A stretch of DNA of 64,000 nucleotides from Eledone cirrhosa (lineage: Eukaryota). The stretch lies in NCBI GenBank assembly GCA_964016885.1, contig OZ024748.1, positions 7,626,001-7,690,000 of the forward strand. Reading direction: 5' to 3'. Below the pieces are notes generated by a model, which had not been told where the DNA came from, searched no databases, and was given only the letters and a program-made list of their open reading frames with translations. Position 1 is the first letter of the stretch. Every line of letters starts with the position of its first letter. The position numbers and the translations under genes are program-made. Below, piece by piece: positions 1 to 11,868 of the stretch.

Positions 1-743
1 TATGTGTGTGTGTGCATTTATGTGTTTAAAAGGATGAAAGGCAACGTTAACTCCAGGGGAATTTGAACTCAGATCGTAAAGGGCCGTAACTCTATGCTGT
101 AGAGCATATTGTCCGACGCTCTACCGATTCTGCCAATCCACCACACCAACAGTTTGAGATTTAGTCACAAGGTCAACAATTTCAGGGGAGGGGAAAGTCG
201 ATTAAATCGACGCCAGTGTATTACTGGTACTTTATTTTATTGACCCCGTAAGGATAAAAGGTAAAGTTAACCGCAGCGGGATTTGAACCGAGAATGTAAA
301 GCGCCATAACTCTATGCTGCAAAGCAAGTTGTCCAGCACTCTACCGACACTGCCAAACCTCCGCAATGGTCCCAATACAAAGAACAAGAAAAACAAGTTG
401 AACATATAGACCCCTAGAGGTTTATCTATAGTACTGCTCCAATGTGTTCCCAACCCATGCTAGCAGGGACAGTGAATGTTAATCGATAATGATGATGAAG
501 TGGGATATGAAATGGAAATAAACAGAATTAGAACAAATACCACAAGGTACCCCATCCAACATTCTAAAAATCCTGTCAATCCCCTTCCTTGGGCGGCTAC
601 TTTATCTATATGATATTGGAACTTTCCTCAGTAAACCACAAATCTACTGAATCACTTTAAATATATATAAAATAATTGTTTCTACTTTTGGCACAAGGCC
701 AGCAATTATATCAGTGTATTACTGGTACTTTGTTTTATATAAA

Positions 744-2104
744 ACTAGCAGTAAAGTCCGGCGTTGCTCGGGGCTGCTCAGTAGCTGTGTTAAAGTTACA
801 ATGTTAAGTTCCTTTCTTGGCTTAAAAACTGTAGAGTCTACAGTGTAGACTTTCATGTGGTACTTTTGATTAATATTCCCTCAACCAACAGTATGCCTTA
901 TGAAGTTAAGAAAACATAACCATAACCCGAATGTTAAAACAAAAGAGGATGCTGGGCATAAAAACTGCACTGGTAATCTATTAACAAAAATCGAAAATGT
1001 AAACATCAGCGTAACCAAACTATCAGTTATTTTGAAACATTGAAACAAAGAAATTGGATGAACATAAAAAACAAAAAAGCGTTATCTGTCTGTCGTTTAA
1101 AATTATTGCTTCTAAATGAAAATCTCATACGGCTTTATTCGAGATGAATGCTTTTTTTTACGGTGTATTCAAATAACCTTGTTTTCAAGTAAAACTATTG
1201 TTTTAAAAGACTTTTTAATGGAAATCAAGCAAAATGGAAGCTTAATGTTGAAATTTCGAACTCATGAATTTTGCTGTCCCGAAAGTTGTTCGTGTATTTT
1301 TGTCCCTTTGCACGTCAGAATGACGCCAGAAAAGGGAAATAACTCATCTCTCATCTCTATTTATACATTTGAACTGAAAATCAATACATTACAAATTCGA
1401 TTTTTGCACTTGGCGTGGGTCGATTTGAAAAATTGTTTGACCGATGTCTCCGCCGGACCTTTATCTATAAGTGTAGCAATTTCACCGAAATTTGAACGTA
1501 CGGTTTAGGAGATGTGTGCCGACCGTTTTACTAGACAGACAGACAACCTCAGTTTAGACTAGCAGAAAACCACCGGGGCGGTTTTCTGCTAGTCTACATA
1601 TCTAACACAGAGAATGTCTGTCTGTCTGTCAGCTCACTAAAACTTGAGAACCATCCAACCGATTGTTTTCAAACTTTAGACATGTAATACTTATGGTCCT
1701 GTGAGTGTTTTGGGCAAAAATTATTTCAAATGTTCAATGCCCTAGGGACCGCATTAGGCGATTTAGCGTTCTCTCTATATAATTCTTAGTCTTTCTTTTT
1801 AGATAGATACAGATATAACGTTGCGCCTTTATAATATCTGTCTGTATGTCTGGCTGTCTGCATTACGTCATTATGACGCGCTCAGCGCGATTCCCTCGGC
1901 CTCAGTGACCAAAGTTAGTGGAGAGGGGAAGGTAATGTTTCTGTAGCACGTGTTTTAGCGTCTATTCACTCTCTCTCTCCCTCCCACTATCCCCCTCTCG
2001 TAGTCTGTCTCTTTCTTTCACTCTCACTCTCTCTCTCTACGCACGTGTTTCCACTGTTGGACAGACAGACAGACAGAAATTGCTGGTTATATATATATGT
2101 AGAT
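744..2104 (+). mobile_element. Helentron/DINE-1-like (HINE) non-autonomous rolling-circle element(s), composite
   Basis: 5' ACTAGCAG...CCGGCGTTGCTCGGG; (GACA)n and (TGTC)n tracts; internal hairpin CTAGCAGAAAAC..GTTTTCTGCTAG (1555-1596); CAACCGATTGTTTTCAAACTTT motif; 3' ...TATATATATGTAGAT. Confidence 0.55.
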
Positions 2105-2982
2105 ATAATATTAAAACTGTCCTGTCATTTTGTCTGTACCTAAATTGTAGCTGAAACAGTCCATTCTGCACTTGAAGTGTTTTGCTTTATGTCCTCTTAA
2201 AGACATGCAATTTTACCTAAAATAATTTCAAGCAAATTCCATTAACTACAACTCTCACAAGAAAAGACTATTTTTATTGTATAAATCAATAGAGAAAAAA
2301 ACCATTAAAAACAATTGATTTCACAATCACAGTTAGATACAAGTTTCACAGACACACACTAAGGATACATAGATACATGATATAGTTATATACACACACA
2401 CTAAGGAAATGTAGATACATACAACAGTTACACACACACACTAAGGATACATAAGCATCTAATCTCGAATGATAAAATGAAAGAGTGAGGACGACAAACA
2501 CACAGACACATAAGTCAACAGTCACACACACAGGAAGAGGCCTCTTCAAGCTGTGTTAAAGCCATGTCAACCTAGAGCTGGTGTCACTATAAAATATACT
2601 CAGGGAGAGTGAGGGATCGTATATAAATGAGATGTGGGTTCTCGGCCAGTCTGCAAAGTCAGTGGCCCCAATTTGAGGGCTCACTAGTCTGGGACAATGT
2701 GACTAACCCTCGGTAACAGGGAAAAACGGATGTTACACAATGATGATTATGAGGACAATAGTGTGTGTGTGTGTGTGTGTGTTTAAATTTCGGTGGTTGT
2801 TGATGACCCATAATTACAGGTTCAACAAAAGTTGATTAGAAAAATATGTACTAGGGGAAGTATGTGTGAGGCTGGGAGTGGGACATGACTGAGTAAACCC
2901 TTGAAAGAAGTGTGTCTTCAAGGCCACAGTTAAAGGACCGAAACCAGTAAAATTATAAAAGAGCACACATACAAACACACAC

Positions 2983-3014
<32 letters not shown>

Positions 3015-3015
3015 G

Positions 3016-3347
3016 TAGGAGGTGAGTTTTATTGTAGTACAATAAAGCAATGCAGATATCGGATAAGAAGCACTCTACAGTTTGTAGGACTGGAGTATAC
3101 ATAATATATAAGAACAAAAGATGGTTAAAAGAGTTCCATGTATTTTATTATGCGCATTTCAAAAAAAAATATCATCATGCAATAATATTTGTTTTCATTA
3201 AAACTGCACTATCCACAAGTGTTTTTTAACCTTCATATCATGTCTTCCTATTTTATCTGATGAAAACACAAATATTATTGCATGATGATATTTGTTTTTG
3301 AAATGCGCATAATAAAATACATGGAACTCTTTTAACCATCTTTTGTT

Positions 3348-3355
<8 letters not shown>
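3016..3355. mobile_element. Fold-back Penelope-like/retrozyme-like remnant (family A) inserted in (TA)n
   Basis: Arms 3105-3198 and 3260-3355 are inverted copies. Segment 3016-3150 matches 11431-11560 in reverse orientation. Flanked by (TA)n. Confidence 0.65.
3249..3319 (+). ncRNA. Minimal type-I hammerhead ribozyme motif (family A)
   Basis: Stem I TATTTTAT/ATAAAATA; core CTGATGA 3257-3263; long stem II; GAAA 3300-3303; palindromic stem III ATGCGCAT; AUA cleavage triplet ending at 3311. Confidence 0.75.
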
Positions 3356-3391
<36 letters not shown>

Positions 3392-3408
3392 AACATATAC
3401 ATATATAT

Positions 3409-3745
3409 ATCATCATTTCATTTTACGTCCGCATTTTCCCTGCTTGCAAGGGTGGGACGGGAACTGATTCTGGCTTGATTTCTACAGCTGGATGCCCTTC
3501 CTAACACCAACCTCATTTACAGTGAGTGCTGGGTGCTTTTTTGCCGTGGCACCTCCACGACCACTTTGCAGTGGAATCATATGGACCCCAGTCCCTATCA
3601 TCTCATTTCTACAGCTGAGTAAACTGGAGCAATGTGAAATAAAGTGTCTTGCTCAAGGAAACAACACATCGCACAGTCTGAGAATTGAACTCACAACCTT
3701 TCGATTGCAAGGCCAATGCTCTAACCACTAAGCCATGTGCCTCCA
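3409..3745 (-). mobile_element. tRNA-derived SINE (same family as 16409); older relatives at 4880-5200, 5920-6295, 29820-30140, 49020-49330
   Basis: Reverse complement of the 16409 family. Confidence 0.85.
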
Positions 3746-3767
3746 TTATATATATATATATATGCCT

Positions 3768-3834
<67 letters not shown>

Positions 3835-3884
3835 AACACACATATATATATATAAATATATATATATATACACACATTTATACA

Positions 3885-3927
<43 letters not shown>

Positions 3928-4088
3928 TATATATACATGTATGTGTCAGTTCATACAAGTGGATATATACATTATAAATATATATAAGCACAGATAACCT
4001 AAACTCTTAAGAAATATATTACATAACTACCACAATATATGCTGATTGCTATTTTTTCATTTATTTGTACCCTCACCCTTGTGTGTCA

Positions 4089-4134
<46 letters not shown>

Positions 4135-4241
4135 CCACACAAGGGTGTGGGAACAAATAAATACACACACACACACTCACACATTTGTCCTTAAAAGTGA
4201 GTAAATAAATTAATAAATATATATATGTACAGCGAGTGTTA

Positions 4242-7200
4242 TTAGTTGCATCCTAAGATGATCTGGTCCCTTCCAAGGAGTAAGAGTTGTGACAGGTAGT
4301 TAGGGAGAGGATGCTGGATCTTCTCAGTTTCAATCATATCTTGCAAGCCTTCTAAAACATGAGGACCAGAAAACTGAACCTTGCTGTTAAGACCATAAAA
4401 TTTATCTTCATTTGGATATGTCATCTACAAAAGAAAAGTGAAATATTTCAATACATATATCTTACATAAAAGTATAGAAAAATACAGGGTATGTCAAAAA
4501 TACAGGCTATATTCCTGAAGCAAATGACCATAGAATCATGCAGTAACTTCTACAATATATGTCTGAATAGAAATATAAAGTTTTGCTAATCTAACTCCGG
4601 TGAAGTTTTATTTTAAGTCTGAGCATTCCTGTGTGAATTAATTTTCTTTATGCATTAAAAAAATCATTATACATGACAAAAAAATTATTATACATTACTA
4701 GAAATCCCATGTTATAAAATAAATAGGATGGGTTGGGGGTCTCGATATGTAAACTAAACGACTAATTCTGATTTTTTTAAAAAATCAACAGAGACAACCT
4801 GGAAAAATTACCAATTTTCCAGTGCCCTATTATTTGGGACCCAAGAATACACAGACACTCACACACAACTGTTTTTGGACCTCTGTCAGTCACTTAGATA
4901 AGTGTTCCAGTTGTTCAAATAATCCAACAGCCTTCTCATGAAATTAATGTGCAAGTGGCTGAGCATTCCAGAGACACGTGTAACCTTTAATTTCATTCTC
5001 AGGGAGATTCAGCACAACGTAGTATATAATAAGGCTAGCTATTTGAACTACAAATACAACTCATTTGTTTTTTTGCCAGCTGGGTGAACTGGAGCAATAT
5101 GAATAAAGTGACTTGCTCAATGACACAATGCACACCTGAGAATTGAACTTGTGTGACTATCATTGTGAACAAAACACCCTACCCACTAAGCCATGCACCA
5201 CCACCATCATACATACACCTATAGTTTTCACAGAAATATTTCTAAAGAAAGAAAAACATAAGATATAACATACATTACTATCTCCTGGAACATTTATGAA
5301 CTTGAAAAATGTGAAACACAAAAATTACATTTTTAATACTTACAGAAAAATTGATATTTTCTAAAATTGGTAAATTCTCTCGCCCAAGGACTTTTTCAAT
5401 TACCTCTTCTTTCTTTTCTTTCTGATTTCTCTGTTCATGGAAAATGTTGTCCTCATCTTCCAATACCTCAGTTACTAAGAAAATACATATTTAACCCTTT
5501 AGTATTTATATTACTCTATATATATATATATATATATACTATTGTATTTTAGCAGTAAAGGTTTTAGCTTAAGTTTGTGAAAGAACATTGCAGGGGCAAT
5601 AATATTGCTATTTTTATATCAGTGAGTTGTTTCCCCTTCGAAATGCACACTCCAAGAAGGGGGTGCAGTAATGAAACTATGGCCAATGGTCCGGAAGGAG
5701 TTTTATTCCGTTCCTACACAAGATCGTATTTACCACTAACTCACTCATTGTGTGCAATCTAATATATAGATTTGTATTTCATAAATACAGGTTCTGTTAA
5801 ATCATGGAGCGAGTGGAAGTTCGGCGAGCTAAGACAAATTCAATTTATTTAGTTCTATAAATTTATATATATATACCACTAGCAGGTATACAGCATCGTT
5901 ACCACATGTTGGTATATGACACAACACTATCCAACCCATGCTGACATGGAGAAGTAGACATTAAATGAGGACAATGACTGTTATCGTGTTGGAACTCTGT
6001 CATTAACGATATATGTTCCTGTTGTACAAACAACGGAATAGCTTCCATGTGATGGCTGACTATTCCACAGACATGTGTACCTTTAATGTAGTTGTCAGGG
6101 AGATTCAGCAGGATAGTATGTGACAAGGCTGGCTCTTTGGATTTACAGATACAACTCATATTTTTGTTAGCTGAACAGACTGAGAAAAGTGAAATAAATT
6201 GTTTTGTTGAAAGAAACACAGTGCTGCTAGGAGTCAAACTCACAACCTTTAGTCATAAGCTGAGCAACCTTACCACTAAGCCATATGCTTTCACTGACTG
6301 TTACTATATTTACATTTAATAATCAGCTTTTAAATTGAAGATAGATGTTAAAAATATTAGAAAAAAAAAACATAACACAAACCTTTTCTCTTTTTACTGT
6401 GCTTTAAAAGTAGCGATGATTTTGTCTAAAAAATGTAAAATATATTGATATATTAAAACAATGTTATCTCAGATCGAGATGAAGCAAGAATGCATTTGAT
6501 TGAACACATATAAAAATAAGAAAACTCATCGATCGCTAGAACAGCCGTATATATATATATATATATGTGTTCATATATCAACTGTTAATGTCCTGTACTG
6601 CATAAAACCACATTAGTAAGACATTCTTAATACAAAACAGCACTAACTATAAATCACATTAAAATTCCAAGTCACTATTTTAATACTGCAAATTCTCACA
6701 AAGATCTGTCCACAAAAAATCATTACAGGATGTTAAGAGATAAAAAACCATTTTAATGGGGCTATAATTCTTTTTTATCCAGACTATTTTTCTATAGTAA
6801 AAAATTTTATGTTGCTTCTAATTTTCTCAAAAAACATATATATTTAATATAGAAATGGCTTCTACAGGACTAGAACTGTTTCATTCAGGAGAAATCATCA
6901 GGAAGCCCTGATGATTTCTCCCGAATGAAAGTTCTAGTCCTGTAGAAGCCTTTCTATATTAAATATATATATATATATCATCATTTTACATCCGCTTTTC
7001 CCTGCTTGCAAGGGTGGGACGGGTCCTATTCAGCACAGCATCTCTCCACTTGTCACGGTCCTTCGTCATCTCCACTGTGAGCTTCAGCGATCTGAGGTCT
7101 GCTCTCACCACCTCCGCCCATGTTTTTTGTGGTCTACCTCTACTACATCTTCCTTCAACTGGCATTTCCTGGCACATCTTCACCCATCGGTCATCCTCCA

Positions 7201-7488
7201 TGCGCATCACGTGTCCATACCACCTGAGTCTCCTCTCCCGCACACTAAAATCTATCCCTCTCAGACCCAGTTTCTCTCTCAACACATCCATGCTCGGTCG
7301 TTCACGCACATTGACATTGCACATCCAACGGCGCATGTTTGCCTCATTTCTCTCCAGCCATCACATATCCTCTGCAGTTGCTGCCCATGTCTCACTACAA
7401 TGCAGCATCGCACTCCTCACACAGGTATCATATAACAGGCCTTTTGTACGCAGGGAGAAACCCTTCTTTGTCAGCAGAGGAAGAAGGG

Positions 7489-7554
<66 letters not shown>

Positions 7555-9948
7555 AGTGTGTGTGTATGCATGTGTGCGAGGTCTCAGAATAACTCAGAAG
7601 AATCAATTATTGAAATAGTAGCTATCATCTAATATAAAATTCTGAAGAGAAAATACCTGAGAAAATTTATTCAATGCCATTGTAGCTAACGAGTTGACAT
7701 GTCTACCACTTAACTGCATCCTTTTATAATCAGAGAATCCCATACAGTCCAATATTTCCTATGAAAATATAACAAAAGAAGGCATAAATAACTGATAAAT
7801 ATAAGCATAATATACATATATATATAATTATTTAATAATGCATTTGTCTAAGGAAAGAATCACTAGACAGATCTTAAGGGGCAAAACCAACCGCCAATAG
7901 CCTATGGGTAAACCCCGAGCAAGATGGTTGGATAACATCCATGAGCTTGGCTGGTCTCACTTGGGGATCCAGTCAGATCATTTGGAGACGGTTGCTTCTG
8001 ACAGGGCTCACTGAAGGAGTGTTTGAGAACTCTGGCTCCACGACCCTCTCAGGAATAAATGGGTGAAGAAGAAGCATAAGTGTTTAGTTATATAAGGAAA
8101 TCTGACTTACCTCCATCACAATACCAAAGAGGGGATCTTTAAGGTATTTCACTAAAATTATTGGTAACGTTGGAAAATGAACTAAAAACGATATGTTCAG
8201 TTGGTATAAATTCTTGTTCAGATTGTACTCGGTGGTCATAATTCTATACCAGACAGCTCCATTATAGATGCTTATAGTAACATTCTGAAAACAGAAAGAA
8301 AATTATATATATATATACATTGTATGAATATATATTATCAAATATATATTATATATATATATATATCCATCATCATCATCATCATGACAACAACAACAGA
8401 AGAATTGATATAATCTTAAACTTACTGTTTTATATAATTTAGAAAGACTTTTATCAAGAGAGTCTTTCAGGCTATCAGCATTTAATAACTTGTGTTTGTC
8501 TATAATTAGAAAAAAACATTGTAATTAATTCATATACTGTACATCAGAATAGTTACTAGTCTCCAACAAAACTTAATACAGTGAAATACAACAAAATTTA
8601 CAGGGTATAAAAAAAGATTTGAACGAGACCAACCGAAACAAATCAAGTGTTTGTTTGTTATTACGTTGGTGATTGAAAAAATTTCGAAAAAGATTGATAA
8701 AACAAGTACTGCGCCCAATACAATTGATTAAAATGAAGGTAATGTGCCCCAGCATGAGCGCAGTTTACTGACAGAAACAAGTAACTTATGGAAAATTAAT
8801 AGAAACATACCATGTTCTTTAACCATTCTATAAACTTTCCAGGTACCAGTGCCTTTCATCTGGTGATCTGTAAAAATGGCCAAAAGTAGAAAGGGAAATG
8901 AAAATATTTATAATAAAGAAATTGAATGAAGCTAGTATGCTTCAATAGATGTGAAAAGTAATCTACATGAACAGCAAATCATAAATAAATTGAGAGAGAA
9001 ACTAACACCACTTCTATATTTAGCTTGTACTGATCTCAAAAGCAATTTATCTACACCTGGTTTCCTTAACGACAAAATTTGTAGTTAAAAAAATATATTA
9101 CTTACACATCAAATCTAACAAGGCAGCATTTTCCATCGTAATTTGCATTTGCTGAAAAAAAAAAAAAAAAAGGATTATAGATGAATATTAACATTTTTTA
9201 GGGAGCAGATTATTAAGCAACTACCATAATAGGGGATCAATAAAGTTTCTGAGACCAGTTCTATCTTCAAATATAACTAGATTCCTTTAAATTGTTTATG
9301 CCATGGATACAAGCTGGTAGGAGACCAACTAAAACCTGTATAGGTAGGAGCTGTAAATATCATATAATAATAATTGTTTCTGATTTAGACACTAGGCCTG
9401 CAATTTGGGGGAGGGGAAAGTCGATTAAATCTGCCTCAGTGTGACTAGTACTTTATTTTACCGACCCAGTAAGAATGAAAGGCAAAGCTAACCTCGGCGT
9501 TCGGTGGGATTTGAACTCAGATCATAAAGGGCCGTAATTCATGCAGCAAAGCATGTTGTCCGACGCTCCACCGATTCTGCCAACCACCGCCCTTAATAAT
9601 AATTATTTGTATTTTTGGCACAAGGCCAGCAATTACCCAGTACATTACTGGTACTTTATTTTATCGACCTCGTAAGGATGAAAGGCAAAGTTAACCTTGG
9701 CGGGATTTGAACTCATGTCGTAAAGGGACGTAACTATGCTGGAAAGCATGTCCAACTCTCTACCAACTCTGCCAATCCAAGCACGAACGAAGTGTCAAGT
9801 TTTCATTACGTTTATTCAGATGTGACGTTAGTTTCGCGATTGATCAGCTTAGTGTTCGATCTCTATCGATTGGACCCGACTCTGGGATCAAAAGCTCATT
9901 AGACTTCTGTTAACGTATTAAAAAAAAGTCACACACACACATATATAT

Positions 9949-9990
<42 letters not shown>

Positions 9991-10758
9991 ATTAGTGACT
10001 GGATTAAGAGAGGATTTCTTCTGAGCTGTTTTATCTGATCTCTTTCTGCTATTACTGAAGGTATCATACGATATATATATATAAAGATTTACACATTTGG
10101 GACACTCACATTCACAGATACTTCACCCAAACAAAAACGAACGGTACTTGATTGATCTGTAGATTTAAATACCGAATTATTTACTAATTTATACACACAC
10201 ACACACTAAGTTTCCTAATCAAAGTTATTTATTATCAACAATTAGAAAACATCCTAATTTACGTGGCATAATTACAATTTAGTACCCGACTAAATTTGTT
10301 TTTTATGGATATTTTTTTAAGAAATTTTACATATTTGTGTGTAAACATTTGATTAAGATAAATATGTATATCTGTTTAACGGTTAATTTGTGTTATTAAA
10401 GAAAAGATCGTGTTTTTGTAGAGATTAATTTCAAATTATTGGATAGAATTGAAATCAATAAATAAAATTTTTTTTTTATTTTATTTAAATATATGTAAAA
10501 AGTAATCAGTGTAATTTTTATAGATTTTTATAGAAAGAAAGAAAATGTAAAGTTTTTCACCTGACAAAGTTTTAAGACTTCAACCACCATCAGTGATTTC
10601 ATGTTTATACGGAAAGTTTTAAAGTTGTGAATGGTAGATTTTGGTAAATAATTCCATCTTTCTAAAAGACGATATAACTCTTGTGATGGACATCGTCTTA
10701 AAGTGACTCGTAAACAAGTCATCGGTAAATCAGACAAGGAAGCTGACGTAAGTCTCAT
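4242..10758 (-). CDS. CENPN: Centromere protein N (CENP-N), 9 coding exons, 335 aa
   Basis: Exons (minus): 10758-10561, 9151-9106, 8867-8811, 8499-8426, 8284-8111, 7758-7657, 6425-6383, 5474-5344, 4424-4242. All are GT-AG with phases consistent; total 1008 nt. The translation (LRVTLRRCPSQELYRLLERWNYL; ENAALLDLMY; GAVWYRI; MQLSGRHVNSL; IFHEQRNQKEK; KVQFSGPHVLEGL) is colinear with recalled vertebrate CENP-N (IKRTILKIPMNELTTILKAWDFL; DAALLDIIY; NAVWIRI; MDLRSRYLDSL; IIHENIVEKER; IKFSSPHLLEAL). The 43-nt exon 7 is the least certain. Confidence 0.88.
6839..6967. repeat. Palindrome with CTGATGA...GAAA motif (family B); relatives at 38150-38205, 40009-40140, 59645-59836
   Basis: Arms of about 60 bp turn around AAGC just upstream of CTGATGA; the family shares AGAAATGGCTTCTACAGGACTAGAACTGTTTC. 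Confidence 0.75.
6978..7488 (-). mobile_element. RTE-clade LINE 3' fragment; related pieces at 12190-12450, 19010-19250, 54076-54310, 59551-59620
   Basis: C-terminal ORF2 motifs RRLRWYGHVMRM and GRCSRGRPQKTW; (ATG)n tail. Confidence 0.88.
9817..9909 (-). ncRNA. Hammerhead ribozyme-like motif (family C) with G5A core change, sense in CENPN intron 1
   Basis: Minus strand reads CAGAAGT-CTAATGA-GC...GC-GAAAC-TAAC-GTC-ACATCTG; homologous to 38541-38628. Confidence 0.55.
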
Positions 10759-10789
10759 CGCGTTTCTTCCAACAATAATAACAAATTTA

Positions 10790-10827
10790 AAAATGGCGCC
10801 TCGTCACGTGATACCTTATCACGTGAC
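10790..10827. promoter_or_regulatory. CENPN proximal promoter: YY1-like motif plus inverted pair of extended E-boxes
   Basis: AAAATGGCG at 10790-10798, and GTCACGTGATA-cct-TATCACGTGAC at 10803-10827, 30-70 nt upstream of the CENPN ATG. Confidence 0.55.
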
Positions 10828-11038
10828 TCCTACGCACTGACTTTTTACGGAAACACTGTATCAACTTCTTCCTCCAGCTGACGGAAACCCAGTCTACGGA
10901 ATTATGTACTTACGCAAATTGGAAAATAGGATCAATAAATAATTTCAGGGTTTAACGACTTTTAAAAATGATATTGTGCTCTTGATGCAAAAGAGCTGTT
11001 TCTCGGTTGTGAGTATCTAAATCACGATACGGGTTGTA

Positions 11039-11093
<55 letters not shown>

Positions 11094-11097
<4 letters not shown>

Positions 11098-11560
11098 AGA
11101 TCAAAAGATGGTTTAAAGAGTTCCAAGTATTTTATTATGTGCATTTCAAAAACAAATATCATCATGGGATATCTGATCTGCGTTCTCATCAGATAAAATA
11201 GGGAGACATGATATGAAGCTTAAAAAACACTTGTGAATAGTGAAGTTTTAAATCAACAAATGAAAAATAAATTAAGATTGATGTATGAGATTGGGAAAAA
11301 GTGAGGGGGGTTGGAAATGATAAGGAAGAGGAAGAAATGAGAGTAAAGGATGGTGGGGAGGAGTATAAGAAGAAAGGATGAGAGAGGACGAGAGATGAGT
11401 GATAGCCTTTACAACTGAGAAAAAATATATAAAATACTTGGAACTCTTTTAACCATCTTTTGATCTTATATTATTTATACTCCAGTCCTACAAACTGTAG
11501 GGTGCTACTTATCCGATATTTGCATTGCTTTATTGTGCTACAATAAAACTCACCTCCTAT
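11094..11560. mobile_element. Fold-back Penelope-like remnant (family A) inserted in (TA)n
   Basis: 11094-11135 is inverted at 11431-11470. Contains the hammerhead motif and a purine-rich spacer; flanked by (TA)n. Confidence 0.6.
11128..11200 (-). ncRNA. Minimal type-I hammerhead ribozyme motif (family A)
   Basis: Minus strand reads TATTTTAT-CTGATGA-GAACGCAGATC...ATTTGTTTTT-GAAA-TGCACA-TA-ATAAAATA. Confidence 0.65.
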
Positions 11561-11823
11561 ATATATATATATATATATTTATTTATTCAATTTAAACGTC
11601 CGTATAGAGCTAGTAAGACATGACAGACTAAGGGGAAGTGTTGAGTACTCTTTACTTATATATATATATATGTATATGAGTCCCACCCTTGCAAGCAGGG
11701 AAAAGCAGACGTAAAATGATGATGATGAGTGTGTATATATATATATGAGTGTTTACATTCTACTACTGTATTGAGTACCTTACTGTGGCTTACCCTGAAC
11801 TCACACACATATATATAAACATG

Positions 11824-11868
<45 letters not shown>

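Noticed and set aside
1116-1508. 130 aa ORF
   Set aside because: Lies inside the Helentron-like repeat and has no recognisable domain.
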